Positions 21,417 through 31,039 of a stretch of DNA of 32,000 nt are shown in pieces. The translations under genes and the position numbers were made by a program. The stretch covers positions 10,432 through 42,431 of the forward strand of contig NZ_LQIU01000035.1 of the NCBI RefSeq assembly GCF_001499995.1, in the 5' to 3' direction. This DNA comes from Mycobacterium sp. IS-1496. Its GTDB lineage: Bacteria; Actinomycetota; Actinomycetes; Mycobacteriales; Mycobacteriaceae. The first letter of the stretch is position 1. Each line of letters begins with the position of its first letter. The notes below the pieces were generated by a model. The model worked only from the letters and a program-made list of their open reading frames with translations. It was not told the origin of the DNA and made no database searches.

Positions 21417-23653
21417 CCACGAAGAAGTTCACCCCGATCATCAAGCGGGGGCCGCGGCTGACCCCGGGCGAGATCACCGTGACGCCGCCGGACGATCTGG
21501 GCGTCGAGATCCCGCCGTCGGGTATCCAGCGGGCGCTGCCCTGGGTGATGGGTGGCTGCATGCTCGGGATGATCTCGATCATGATCTTCACCGGTGTCCG
21601 GCAGTTGTCGCCGTACATGCTGATGATGCCGCTGATGATGGTGATGGCGACGGTGGGGTTCATGGCCGGTGGCGGATCGGGCGCCAAGCGGGTGCCCGAG
21701 ATCAACGCCGACCGCAAGGAGTACCTGCGGTACCTGTCCGGGCTGCGCACCCGCGTCACCTCGTCGGCGGCAGCGCAGGTGACGTTCTTCAACTACCACG
21801 CCCCGCATCCCGAGGATCTGCTGTCGATCATCGGCACGAACCGCCAGTGGTCCCGGCAGTCCAACAGCGAGTTCTTCGCCGCCACCCGGATCGGCCTGGG
21901 GTCCGAACCGGCGGTCGACCGTCTGCTCAAACCGTCGATCGGCGGAGACGTCAACGGGCTCGCCGGACCGCAGGCCGCGCCGCAACCGCATCTCGAACCG
22001 GTCAGCCACATGTGGGTCACCAAATTCCTGCGCACCCACGGCCTGATCCACGACTGCCCGAAACTGCTTCAGCTGCGGTCGTTCCCGACGATCGCGATCG
22101 GTGGCGACACCGACGGTTCCGCCGCCCTGCTGGCGGCCATGATCTGCCATCTGGCGGTGTTCCATCCGCCGGACCTGTTGCAGCTGCGGGTGCTCACCGA
22201 CAACCCCGAGGACCCGAACTGGAGCTGGCTCAAATGGCTTCCGCACGTGCAGCACCAGAGCGACGTCGATGCCGCCGGACCAACTCGGATGGTGTTCACC
22301 CGTCCGGACGGGTTGAGTGATCTGACCGCCCGCGGACCGCACACCGCCGACTCGTCGCCCAGCGGCCCGTACGTCGTCGTGGTCGACCTCACCGGCGGGC
22401 GCGCCGGGTTCCCCGCCGACGGTCGCGCCGGTGTCACGGTGCTCACGCTCGGCAATCACAACGGCTCGGCCTACCGGATCCGGGTGGCCGCCAACGGCAC
22501 CGCAGACGACCGGTTGCCGAATCAGAGCTTCCGCCTGGTCACCGACGCCAGCGACCGGCTGACACCTGGTCAGGCCGGCCGCATCGCCCGCAAGCTGGCG
22601 GGCTGGTCGATCACCGGCGCGATCATCGACAAGAACGTGCGGGTGCAGAAGAAGGTCGCCACCGAATGGCATCAACTCGTCGGGGCCCAGACCGTCGAGG
22701 AGGTGACGCCGGCGCGCTGGCGGATGTTCGCCGACACCGACCGCGACCGGTTGAAGATCCCGTTCGGCCACGAGTTGCGGACCGGCGACATCATGTACCT
22801 CGACATCAAGGAGGGCGCCGAGTTCGGCGCAGGCCCGCACGGCATGCTGATCGGCACCACCGGATCGGGTAAGTCGGAATTCCTTCGCACACTGATCCTC
22901 TCGCTGGCCGCCACCCACCACCCCGACCAGGTGAACCTGCTGTTGACCGACTTCAAGGGCGGTTCGACGTTCCTCGGCATGGAGAAACTGCCGCACACCG
23001 CGGCGGTGGTGACGAACATGGAGGAGGAGGCCGAACTCGTCAGCCGGATGGGTGAGGTGCTCACCGGCGAGCTGGACCGGCGCCAGTCGATCCTGCGGCA
23101 GGCCGGTATGCAGGTCGGCGCGGCGGGCGCGCTGTCCGGGGTGGCGGAGTACGAGAAGCACCGCGAACGCGGCGCCGATCTGCCCGCGCTGCCGACGCTG
23201 TTCGTCGTCGTCGACGAGTTCGCCGAACTGCTGCAGAACCACCCCGACTTCATCGCCCTCTTCGACCGCATCTGCCGGGTGGGCCGCTCACTGCGGGTGC
23301 ATCTGCTGCTGGCCACCCAGTCGCTCAACACCGGCGGTGTGCGCATCGACAAACTCGAGCCGAACCTGACGTATCGAATCGCGTTGCGCACCACCAGCTC
23401 CGCGGAGTCCAAGGCGGTGATCGGGACGCCGGAGGCGCAGTACATCACCAACAAGGAGAGCGGTGTCGGCTTCCTGCGGGTCGGTATGGAGGACCCGGTG
23501 AAGTTCCAGAGCGTCTACACCGGCACCCCGTACGTCCCGGCGTCCGCGGTGCAGGAGGACGGGGAGGTCAAACCCCGCCAGCCCCACCGCAACCGGGTGC
23601 GCATCCACAAGTTCACCGCGACACCGATCTTCGATACGGCGGTGTCGTCGTGA
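21413..23653 (+). CDS. eccCa1: ESX-1 FtsK/SpoIIIE-type ATPase EccCa (two N-terminal TM helices + first ATPase domain)
   Basis: ATG 21413 forms an ATGA overlap with the eccB stop. The ORF-track start 21260 adds a 51-codon Arg-rich extension inside eccB. The N-terminus is [26 protein letters not shown], with TM helices and Walker [14 protein letters not shown]. Confidence 0.95.
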   Translation: MTTKKFTPIIKRGPRLTPGEITVTPPDDLGVEIPPSGIQRALPWVMGGCMLGMISIMIFTGVRQLSPYMLMMPLMMVMATVGFMAGGGSGAKRVPEINADRKEYLRYLSGLRTRVTSSAAAQVTFFNYHAPHPEDLLSIIGTNRQWSRQSNSEFFAATRIGLGSEPAVDRLLKPSIGGDVNGLAGPQAAPQPHLEPVSHMWVTKFLRTHGLIHDCPKLLQLRSFPTIAIGGDTDGSAALLAAMICHLAVFHPPDLLQLRVLTDNPEDPNWSWLKWLPHVQHQSDVDAAGPTRMVFTRPDGLSDLTARGPHTADSSPSGPYVVVVDLTGGRAGFPADGRAGVTVLTLGNHNGSAYRIRVAANGTADDRLPNQSFRLVTDASDRLTPGQAGRIARKLAGWSITGAIIDKNVRVQKKVATEWHQLVGAQTVEEVTPARWRMFADTDRDRLKIPFGHELRTGDIMYLDIKEGAEFGAGPHGMLIGTTGSGKSEFLRTLILSLAATHHPDQVNLLLTDFKGGSTFLGMEKLPHTAAVVTNMEEEAELVSRMGEVLTGELDRRQSILRQAGMQVGAAGALSGVAEYEKHRERGADLPALPTLFVVVDEFAELLQNHPDFIALFDRICRVGRSLRVHLLLATQSLNTGGVRIDKLEPNLTYRIALRTTSSAESKAVIGTPEAQYITNKESGVGFLRVGMEDPVKFQSVYTGTPYVPASAVQEDGEVKPRQPHRNRVRIHKFTATPIFDTAVSS

Positions 23654-25440
23654 CGGCGTCGAGGCAGGCCGCAGAACAGAAGGTCCTGCGCGAGGTCGTG
23701 CTCGATCAGCTGACGACGGGCGAGATCCGCGCCTACCGGATGTGGCTGCCGCCGCTGACCGATCCGACACCGGTCGACGAACTCGTCTCACGTGACCATC
23801 AACGCCGGCCGCTGCGGTTCGGGCTGGGCATCATGGACGAACCCCGCAGGCACCGCCAGGACATCTGGGGGGTGGACGTGTCGGCCGCCGGCGGCAACAT
23901 CGCGATCGGCGGCGCCCCGCAGACCGGCAAGTCGACGTTCCTGCAGACGCTGATCCTGTCGGCGGCGGCCACCCATTCACCGCGCGACGTGCAGTTCTAC
24001 TGTGTCGACCTCGGCGGCGGCGGGCTGATGTACCTCGAGGACCTCCCGCACGTCGGCGGGGTCGCCACCCGTGCCGAACCCGACCGCGTCAACCGCGTGG
24101 TCGCCGAGGTCAAAGCCGTTCAGCGGCAACGCGAACGGACCTTCAAGGAGTTGCGGGTCGGGTCCATCGCGGGTTACCGGCAGATGCGGGAGGACCCGAA
24201 CAGCCCGGCGTCCGCCGATCCGTTCGGCGACGTGTTCCTGGTGATCGACGGGTGGCCGGCGTTCGTCGCGGAGTTCCCCGACCTCGAACCGGTCGTCCAG
24301 GATCTCGCCGGCCAGGGTCTGGCGTTCGGGGTGCACGTGATCATCTCGACGCCGCGCTGGACGGAGCTGAAGTCACGGGTCCGCGACTACCTCGGCACGA
24401 AGATCGAGTTCCGGCTCGGCGATGTGAACGAGACGCAGATAGACCGCATCACCCGCGAGATCCCGGCCAACCGGCCGGGCCGGGCGATCTCCATGGAGAA
24501 GCACCACCTCATGATGGGGGTGCCCCGCCTCGACGGGCAGCACAGCGCGGCCGACCTGGTCCCGGCGATCACGTCGGCGGTCGCCCGGATCGCCGCCCAG
24601 CACACGGTCCGGGCGCCGCAGGTGCGGGTGCTCCCGGAGCGGGTCTATCTGGACGAGCTCGACCCCACCCCGCCGGGACCCGAGTCCGACTACCGCACCC
24701 GGTGGCGCATCCCCCTCGGCGTGCGGGAGTCCGATCTCAGCGTCGCCTACAACGAGATGCAGATGACGCCGCACCTGTTGATCTTCGGTGCACCCAAGTC
24801 CGGCAAAACGACCATCGCCCACGCCGTGGCCCAGGCGATCTGCCGTCGCAACAGCCCCCAGCAAGTGCGGTTCATGCTGGCCGATTACCGGTCGGCGTTG
24901 CTGGACGCGGTGCCGCAGAGCCACCTGCTCGACGCCGGCGCGGTCAACCGCAACCACGCGTCACTGGAGGCGGCAATCAAGGCGCTGGCGACCAACCTGC
25001 AGAAACGGCTGCCACCGCCGGACCTGACCACCGCCCAGCTGCGGTCGCGGTCGTGGTGGAGCGGACCCGACGTCGTGCTGCTCGTCGACGACTGGCACAT
25101 GATCGTGGCGGCGTCCGGCATGGTGCCGCCGATGGCGCCGCTCGCGCCGCTGCTTCCCGCGGCGGCCGATATCGGCCTGCACATCATCGTGACCTGCCAG
25201 ATGAGCCAGGCGCATCGCGCAACGATGGACAAGTTCGTGGGGGCGGCCTACGGGGCGGGGACCCCGACGCTGTTCCTGTCGGGGGAGAAGACCGAGTTCC
25301 CGTCGAGCGAGATCAAACTGCGGAAACGGCCGCCTGGCCAGGCGCTTCTGGTGTCGCCGGACGGTAAGGAGGTGGTCCAGGCGGCCTACGTGGACCCCCC
25401 CGAAGAAGAAGTGTTAGCACCACCCCCACAGGGCGGTTAG
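23650..25440 (+). CDS. eccCb1: ESX-1 FtsK/SpoIIIE-type ATPase EccCb (second and third ATPase domains)
   Basis: The GTG start overlaps the eccCa stop (GTGA). There are two P-loops, [13 protein letters not shown] and [13 protein letters not shown]. The split EccCa/EccCb arrangement is typical of ESX-1. Confidence 0.95.
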   Translation: MTASRQAAEQKVLREVVLDQLTTGEIRAYRMWLPPLTDPTPVDELVSRDHQRRPLRFGLGIMDEPRRHRQDIWGVDVSAAGGNIAIGGAPQTGKSTFLQTLILSAAATHSPRDVQFYCVDLGGGGLMYLEDLPHVGGVATRAEPDRVNRVVAEVKAVQRQRERTFKELRVGSIAGYRQMREDPNSPASADPFGDVFLVIDGWPAFVAEFPDLEPVVQDLAGQGLAFGVHVIISTPRWTELKSRVRDYLGTKIEFRLGDVNETQIDRITREIPANRPGRAISMEKHHLMMGVPRLDGQHSAADLVPAITSAVARIAAQHTVRAPQVRVLPERVYLDELDPTPPGPESDYRTRWRIPLGVRESDLSVAYNEMQMTPHLLIFGAPKSGKTTIAHAVAQAICRRNSPQQVRFMLADYRSALLDAVPQSHLLDAGAVNRNHASLEAAIKALATNLQKRLPPPDLTTAQLRSRSWWSGPDVVLLVDDWHMIVAASGMVPPMAPLAPLLPAAADIGLHIIVTCQMSQAHRATMDKFVGAAYGAGTPTLFLSGEKTEFPSSEIKLRKRPPGQALLVSPDGKEVVQAAYVDPPEEEVLAPPPQGG

Positions 25441-25443
25441 TAT
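25415..25443 (+). promoter_or_regulatory. Candidate promoter for the PE-PPE-esxB-esxA unit (-35 TAGCAC, 17-nt spacer, -10 TAGTAT within GGTTAGTAT)
   Basis: TAGTAT at 25438-25443 fits TANNNT, and its first three bases are the eccCb stop codon. It has the same TAGCA-N-GGTTAGTAT layout as 11862-11889. It is followed by the AT-richest intergenic stretch of the locus (25441-25587). Confidence 0.3.
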
Positions 25444-25587
25444 CTACCGAGAGCTTCACAGCAACGTTGGTGGTAAACCGCCAGCAAATAAGTCGGGGGA
25501 TGAGTCCGGAGACGACGAGGCACCTGTGCCCGAGCCGTTCGCCATCGCTTGTCCTGCTCAGTTGGAATCAGTAAAGGAGATGCGCAA

Positions 25588-25881
25588 ATGCAACCTCTCG
25601 AGCACAATCCGGGCGCGGCGGGCATCGGTGGCCAGGTCGTCGCAAATGGTGCACGGGGTCTGGCGGGTGGTACGGCGGCGACCGCGGCGGTGACCGCGCT
25701 GGTTCCCGCCGGTGCCGACGAGGTGTCGGCGATGGCCGCCGCCACCTTCGCCGCCGAGGGTGCCGAGACCCTGGCGCTGAACACCTTCGCGCAGGAGGAG
25801 CTCTCCCGCGCCGGTGCGGCGTTCATGGAGATCTCCGGTATCTACGCCGCCGTCGACGCCGCCAACGCCAGCACCTTCTGA
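25588..25881 (+). CDS. PE35: PE-family protein (PE35-like)
   Basis: I take ATG 25588 (AAAGGAG 7 nt upstream). The sequence MQPLEHNPGAAGIGGQVVANGARGLAGGTAATAAVTALVPAGADEVSAMAAATFAAEG contains the PE-domain LVPAGADEVSA motif. A YxxxD secretion motif (YAAVD) lies near the C-terminus. Confidence 0.9.
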   Translation: MQPLEHNPGAAGIGGQVVANGARGLAGGTAATAAVTALVPAGADEVSAMAAATFAAEGAETLALNTFAQEELSRAGAAFMEISGIYAAVDAANASTF

Positions 25882-25922
25882 GCAGGGCGCGGCGGATCTC
25901 CTAGCGGAGCCGATCACACACC

Positions 25923-27263
25923 ATGGCACTGACGGGCATACCCCTCCCACCGACCTGGACGGCGCTGCCGCCCGAGGTCAACACCGGTCGCTTGATGGCC
26001 GGAGCCGGTCCGGCGCCGATGCTCCAGGCCGCGGCCGGGTGGGAGGCGTTGGCCCTGCTGCTGGAGACCCAGGCGGACGAGCTCGCGGCCAGCCTGGCGA
26101 ACCTGTCGTCGGTGTGGACGGGCGGCGCGAGTGAACGGGCCGTGGCCGCGACCATGCCGATGGTCATGTGGCTACGGACCACTTCGGCACAGGCCATGAA
26201 GCGGGCGCTCCAGGCGACGAACCAGGCAAACTCCTACTCCCTTGCATTGGCAACTACTCCGCCGATCCCGGAGATCGAACAGAACCACATCACGCACGCA
26301 GTGCTCGAGGCCACGAACTTCCTGGGCGTCAACACCGTGCCGATCGGGGTCAACGAGTTCGACTACTTCGTACGGATGTGGAACCAGGCCGCAGGGGCGA
26401 TGGACGTGTACCAGGCCGAGACGCAGATGAACCTGCTGTTCGAACCGATCCCGCCGATGACACCGATCGTCATCCCGGGTGTCGGGGAGGCCACCGGCGC
26501 CGCCGCGGCGGCCCAGGCGGCCGCACGCGCACCGATGGGGGTGGCCCGCAACGGGCTCATCGCCAAGGCCAGCGCCACCGCCAAGATGGAATCCGTCGGC
26601 CTCAACGCCGGAAGGGCGATGGCCCAGGGGAACATGGCCGCCCAGCGCGCCCAGGGCGCCGTGCAGAAGGGGGAGAACGCGGCCCAGCAGGCCGGGCAGC
26701 AGCCGCAGGACCAGATGCTGCAGCAGGGCGTGCAGATGGGGGTGCAGATGGCCGGGCAGGCGGGCTCGATGATCGCCCAGGTGCCGCAGCAGTTCGGGCA
26801 GATGGTGCAGACCCCGATGCAGATGCTGACCCAACCGCTGCAGCAGGTGTCGTCGATCTTCGGGCAGATGGGCGGCGGACTCGGCGGCGAGAAGGCACAG
26901 GTCGGTCTCATCGGTGCCGCGCCGTTCTCCAACCATCCGCTGGCGGGTGGCTCCGGTGCGAGTTCGGGTGCCGGGCTGGTGCGGGCGGCCTCGCTGCCCG
27001 GTGCGGGAGGGAGCGCGGCGCGCACTCCGCTGATGGCCAACCTGGTCGGCGACAAGATGGGCGCCGCCCCGGTTCCCGTCGGTGCCGGCGCAGCGGCCGG
27101 GGCGACCGGGGGCGGGCTGGCGCCGGTCGGCGCCGCGGGCGGCGGGATGGGCCCGATGGGGATGGCCGGACAGCAGGGCAGGAGCGGCGGATCGAAGCCG
27201 GGACTGACCGCGCCCGCACCACTGGCCCACGACCTCGACGAGGACGACGGCGACGACTGGTGA
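25923..27263 (+). CDS. PPE68: PPE-family protein (PPE68-like)
   Basis: The sequence ALPPEVNTGRLMAGAGPAPMLQAAAGW...WTGGASERAVAATMPMVMWL...HITHAVLEATNFLGVNT...YFVRMWNQAAGAMDVYQAE is the PPE domain. The C-terminal blocks QMLTQPLQQVSSIFGQ, SNHPLAGGSGASSGAGLVRAASLPGAGGSAARTPLM and the acidic ...DEDDGDDW end parallel M. tuberculosis PPE68. Confidence 0.9.
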   Translation: MALTGIPLPPTWTALPPEVNTGRLMAGAGPAPMLQAAAGWEALALLLETQADELAASLANLSSVWTGGASERAVAATMPMVMWLRTTSAQAMKRALQATNQANSYSLALATTPPIPEIEQNHITHAVLEATNFLGVNTVPIGVNEFDYFVRMWNQAAGAMDVYQAETQMNLLFEPIPPMTPIVIPGVGEATGAAAAAQAAARAPMGVARNGLIAKASATAKMESVGLNAGRAMAQGNMAAQRAQGAVQKGENAAQQAGQQPQDQMLQQGVQMGVQMAGQAGSMIAQVPQQFGQMVQTPMQMLTQPLQQVSSIFGQMGGGLGGEKAQVGLIGAAPFSNHPLAGGSGASSGAGLVRAASLPGAGGSAARTPLMANLVGDKMGAAPVPVGAGAAAGATGGGLAPVGAAGGGMGPMGMAGQQGRSGGSKPGLTAPAPLAHDLDEDDGDDW

Positions 27264-27345
27264 GTCGTCGCCCACACCACAGACTTCCCGGTCACCTGAC
27301 CGGAAGACTCGCCATTTCCCGTGGTGAGGACACAGGAAAAGAAGG

Positions 27346-27657
27346 ATGTATCCAACAATGGCAATGAATACCGATATTGCTGTCCTCGCCAAGGAGGCCA
27401 GCAACTTCGAGCGAATCTCGGGCGAGCTGCAGGGCGTGATGCGGTCGGTGGACGCCACCGCCAACAGCCTGATCCCGCAGTGGCGCGGACAGGCCGGCGA
27501 GGCGGCGCAGGCGGCGCTGCTGCGCTACCAGGAGGCCGCTGCGGCGCAGATCCAGACCCTGACCGAGATCTCCTCCAACATCCACACCTCGGGCACCCAG
27601 TACGGCTCGACCGACGAGGATCAGGCCGGCACGCTCGCGTCGTCCATGAACCTCTGA
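27346..27657 (+). CDS. esxB: WXG100 protein EsxB (CFP-10); true start possibly ATG 27358
   Basis: The sequence MAMNTDIAVLAKEASNFERISGELQGVMRSVDATANSLIPQWRGQAGEAAQAALLRYQEAA parallels CFP-10 (MAEMKTDAATLAQEAGNFERISGDL...QWRGAAG). A C-terminal YGSTD (YxxxD/E) export signal is present. Confidence 0.95.
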   Translation: MYPTMAMNTDIAVLAKEASNFERISGELQGVMRSVDATANSLIPQWRGQAGEAAQAALLRYQEAAAAQIQTLTEISSNIHTSGTQYGSTDEDQAGTLASSMNL

Positions 27658-27687
27658 CCACCCACAGACCAACTCAAGGAGATATCA

Positions 27688-27975
27688 ATGTCGGAACAGG
27701 TATGGAACTTCGCGGGCATCGAGGGCGGCGCCGGCGAGATCAACGGCGCGGTCAGCACCACCCAGGGCTTGCTCGACGAGGGCAAGGCCTCGCTCGGCGC
27801 GCTGGCGGCGGTGTGGGGCGGCTCGGGTTCGGAGGCCTACCAGGCCGTCCAGGCCCGCTGGGACAACACCTCGGCGGAGCTGAACGCGGCCCTGCAGAAC
27901 CTCGCCCAGACCATCAGCGAGGCCGGCTCGACCATGGCTCAGACCGAAGCCGGCGTCACCGGAATGTTCGCCTGA
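27688..27975 (+). CDS. esxA: WXG100 protein EsxA (ESAT-6)
   Basis: The sequence [95 protein letters not shown] is collinear with ESAT-6 ([22 protein letters not shown]...[21 protein letters not shown]...NALQNLARTISEAG...VTGMFA). AAGGAGA lies 6 nt upstream. Confidence 0.97.
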   Translation: MSEQVWNFAGIEGGAGEINGAVSTTQGLLDEGKASLGALAAVWGGSGSEAYQAVQARWDNTSAELNAALQNLAQTISEAGSTMAQTEAGVTGMFA

Positions 27976-27991
27976 CAGACAGCCGCATGAA

Positions 27992-28040
27992 GGTGGGCGG
28001 GACCGGCCGGCCGTCACGGAACCGGCCGAACTCGCCCACC
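27992..28040 (+). terminator. Compound GC-rich stem-loop 17 nt after the esxA stop (candidate terminator or attenuator)
   Basis: The outer stem is GGTGGGCG (27992-27999) / CGCCCACC (28033-28040). The inner stem is CGGCCGG (28004-28010) / CCGGCCG (28022-28028) with an 11-nt loop. There is no U-tract. Confidence 0.4.
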
Positions 28041-28080
28041 TCCTGCGCCCCGGCGCGATCCCACCATCGAGAGGCACCCC

Positions 28081-29502
28081 ATGTCGGCCGACTATGACCG
28101 GCTCTTCCACTCCCCAGACGCCGCTCAGACACCTGACGAGGCGACCGTGCACGTCGACCGCGACGCCCTGATGCAGGGCAACGCCGCGGCGCCGGCACCG
28201 GCCGGCGGATCGACTCACGCCGACGGCGCTGCGCCGCCGCTGCCGATCACCCCACCGCGCACCCAAGCCGCCCCCGCACCGCCACCGCGGCACGCCGAGA
28301 TCACCACCCAGATGCCACCCACCACGCAGGCGCCCGCCCACAGCCCGGCGCCGCAGCGGCCCCCGAACGGCATGATGCGCACACCGCAGACCAACCTGCC
28401 GGGTGGCGCCCGCTTCGAGGCGCCGCGGCAGGCGGCCGCACCGGCCCCGCGGCCCGCACCGGCGCCACCGCCGTCGGCGCACTTCGCCGACGCCGCTGCG
28501 GCCGAGGCGGCGTGGCAGCAGGGACAGCCGCCCGCGCAGCCGGCCCCGACGTCCGCCGCGGCGATGGGCAACCACCGCGCCATCGACGCGCTGTCGCACG
28601 TCGGCGTGAAGTCGGCGGTCAAGATGCCGTCGCAGCGCGGTTGGCGTCACGTGCTGTACCTGCTCACCCGAATCAACCTCGGCCTGTCGCCGGACGAGCT
28701 CTACGAGATGGACATGCACGCGCGGATCCGCCGCAACGCCCGTGACTCGTACCAGATCGGCGTCCTCGGCCTCAAGGGTGGCGTGGGCAAGACCGCCGTC
28801 ACCGTGGCGCTGGGCTCGACGCTGGCCAAGGTGCGCGGCGACCGGATCCTGGCCATCGACGCCGACCCCGATGCGGGCAACCTCGCCGACCGGGCGGGCC
28901 GGCAGTCCGCGGCAACGATCGCCGACCTGCTCTCGGATCAGGAACTGGCCCGCTACAACGACATCCGTGCGTACACGAGCATGAACGGCGCCAACCTCGA
29001 GGTGCTGTCGTCGGAGGAGTACAGCCAGGCCCGCCGCGAGTTCAACGACGACGACTGGAAGGGCGCGACGGAGGTGGTGTCGCGGTACTACAACCTGGTG
29101 CTCGCGGACTGCGGGGCCGGACTTTTCCAGCCCGCCGCGCGCGCGGTGCTGTCGACGGTGTCCGGGTTGGTGATCGTCGCCAGCGCATCGATCGACGGTG
29201 CGCGGCAGGCCGCCGTGACGATGGACTGGATGCGCCAGAACGGCTACCAGGACCTGCTGGGCCGGTCCTGCGTCGTCATCAACCACGTGGTGCCGGGCAA
29301 ACCCAATATCGATGTCGACGATCTTGTTCAGCAATTCGAACGACACGTGGCGCCGGGCCGTGTCATCGTGCTGCCGTGGGACAAGCACATCGCGGCGGGC
29401 ACGGAGATCCAGCTGGAGCTGCTCGACAAGGTCTTCCAGCGACGGATCACCGAGTTGGCGGCCGCCTTGTCTGACGACTTCGACAGGCTCGAACGGCGTT
29501 GA
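28081..29502 (+). CDS. espI: ESX-1 secretion-associated protein EspI (Pro-rich N-region + ParA/MinD-like ATPase)
   Basis: The N-terminus MSADYDRLFHSPD matches M. tuberculosis MAADYDKLFRPHE. The block SQRGWRHVLYLLTRINLGLSPDELYEMDMHARIRRNARDSYQIGVLGLKGGVGKTAVTVALGSTLAKVRGDRILAIDADPDAGNLADRAGRQSAATIADLL is almost collinear with EspI. The Pro-rich linker is much shorter than in M. tuberculosis (473 vs 666 aa, from memory). Confidence 0.92.
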   Translation: MSADYDRLFHSPDAAQTPDEATVHVDRDALMQGNAAAPAPAGGSTHADGAAPPLPITPPRTQAAPAPPPRHAEITTQMPPTTQAPAHSPAPQRPPNGMMRTPQTNLPGGARFEAPRQAAAPAPRPAPAPPPSAHFADAAAAEAAWQQGQPPAQPAPTSAAAMGNHRAIDALSHVGVKSAVKMPSQRGWRHVLYLLTRINLGLSPDELYEMDMHARIRRNARDSYQIGVLGLKGGVGKTAVTVALGSTLAKVRGDRILAIDADPDAGNLADRAGRQSAATIADLLSDQELARYNDIRAYTSMNGANLEVLSSEEYSQARREFNDDDWKGATEVVSRYYNLVLADCGAGLFQPAARAVLSTVSGLVIVASASIDGARQAAVTMDWMRQNGYQDLLGRSCVVINHVVPGKPNIDVDDLVQQFERHVAPGRVIVLPWDKHIAAGTEIQLELLDKVFQRRITELAAALSDDFDRLERR

Positions 29503-31028
29503 CCACCACCGCCGCGGCATCCGCCACCTCGAGCGTCACGCCCGGGCGGCCGTCGACCACCCGGGTCACGATCCTGACCGGCCGGCGCATGACGGACCTC
29601 GTACTGCCTGCGGCGGCACCCGTCGAGACCTACATCGACGAGACCGTCGCGGTGCTCGCCGAGATCCTCGAGGACACCCCGAAAGACGTGTTGGCGGGGT
29701 TCGACTTCACCGCGCAGGGGGTGTGGGCGTTCGCGCGCCCGGGCGCGCCGCCGCTGAAGGCCGACGAATCCCTGGACGACGCCGGGGTGGTCGACGGGTC
29801 GTTGCTGACGTTGGTGTCGGTGAGCCGGACGGAACGCTACCGTCCGCTGGTCGAGGACGTGATCGACGCGATCGCGGTGCTCGACGAGTCGCCCGAGTTC
29901 GACCGCAACGCGCTGAACCGCTTCGTCGGTGTCTCGATTCCCCTTGTGTCGGTGGCGATCACACTGTTGTCGCTGATCTCGTGGGACCGCACCGGGCAGA
30001 GCCTGTGGTGGGCACTGGCGCTGGCGGTGCTCGGCCTCGGACTGCTCGGCGGCAGCGTGCTGGCGCAGAACCGCTACGCCAACCTGGACATGGCCGAGAG
30101 CCTGCTGATCGCCGCGCTGCCCGCGCTCGCCGGTGCCGCGGCGCTGGCGGTGCCGCTGCCCCACGGCGTCGGATCGTTGGGCGCGCCGCAGTTGGCGGGC
30201 GCGGGAGCGGTGGTGCTGCTGCTGACCCTGGCGACCAGAGGCGGACCCCGCAAGCGCGCCGAGTTCGCGGCGTTCATGGCGGTCGCCACGGCGGCGCTGA
30301 CCGCGGCCGCGGTGGCGTACGGCTACGGCTGGCAATACTGGGTGCCCGCGGGTGCGGTGGCGTTCGGCCTGATCGTGCTCACCAACGCGGCGAAGCTGAC
30401 GGTTGCGGTCGCCCGGATCGCCCTGCCCCCGATCCCCGCCCCCGGTGAGACCGTCACCAACGACGAACTGCTCGACCCCGTCACGTCGCGCGAAGGCGCC
30501 GACGAGGAATCGCCGACCTGGCAGGCGATCATCGCGTCGGTGCCCGAATCGGCCGCCCGGCTGCAGGAACGCAGCGTGCTGGCCAAGAAACTGTTGATCG
30601 GCTTCCTGACCGCGGGCGCGCTGATCCTGGCGGTCGGCGCGATCGCGGTCGTGGTGCAGGGGCACTTCTTCGTCCACAGCCTGATCGTCGCCGGACTGGT
30701 CTCCGCGATCTGCGGTTTCCGGTCCCGGCTGTACGCGGAACGCTGGTGCGCGTGGGCGCTGCTGGCGGTCACCGTCATCGTCCCGACGGGTGTGACGGTG
30801 CGGCTGTGCCAGTGGTACCCCGACGACGCGTGGCTGGTGCTGGCGTTCTACACCGCGCTGGGCGCGGTGGCGCTGGTGGTCATCGGAGCCACCGACGGGG
30901 TGCGCCGGGTGTCGCCGGTGACCAAGCGGATCCTCGAGCTGGTCGACGGCGCGGCGATCGCGGCGGTCATCCCGCTGCTGCTGTGGATCGCCAGCGTGTA
31001 CGACGTGCTGCGCAACCTGCGCTTCTGA
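29499..31028 (+). CDS. eccD1: ESX-1 polytopic membrane component EccD (N-terminal ubiquitin-like domain + ~11 TM)
   Basis: The TTG start overlaps the espI stop. The blocks TTRVTILTGRRMTDLVLPAAAPVETYIDETVAVLAEILEDTP...FDFTAQGVWAFARPG...SLLTLVSVSRTERYRPLVEDVIDAIAVLDESPEFDR...KLTVAVARIALPPIPAPGETV are near-identical to M. tuberculosis EccD1. Confidence 0.95.
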   Translation: MTTTAAASATSSVTPGRPSTTRVTILTGRRMTDLVLPAAAPVETYIDETVAVLAEILEDTPKDVLAGFDFTAQGVWAFARPGAPPLKADESLDDAGVVDGSLLTLVSVSRTERYRPLVEDVIDAIAVLDESPEFDRNALNRFVGVSIPLVSVAITLLSLISWDRTGQSLWWALALAVLGLGLLGGSVLAQNRYANLDMAESLLIAALPALAGAAALAVPLPHGVGSLGAPQLAGAGAVVLLLTLATRGGPRKRAEFAAFMAVATAALTAAAVAYGYGWQYWVPAGAVAFGLIVLTNAAKLTVAVARIALPPIPAPGETVTNDELLDPVTSREGADEESPTWQAIIASVPESAARLQERSVLAKKLLIGFLTAGALILAVGAIAVVVQGHFFVHSLIVAGLVSAICGFRSRLYAERWCAWALLAVTVIVPTGVTVRLCQWYPDDAWLVLAFYTALGAVALVVIGATDGVRRVSPVTKRILELVDGAAIAAVIPLLLWIASVYDVLRNLRF

Positions 31029-31039
31029 GAGGGGGACCG

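Noticed and set aside
25461-25480. Possible RNA hairpin GUUGGUGG-UAAA-CCGCCAGC upstream of the PE gene
   Set aside because: It needs two G-U pairs, has no flanking U-tract or known riboswitch context, and could be chance. It is noted only as part of the AT-rich leader.
30746-31039. Upstream extension of the EspJ-like ORF into eccD
   Set aside because: It is out of frame within eccD with Arg/Gly-rich translation. GTG 31040 follows a purine-rich SD and matches the EspJ N-terminus.
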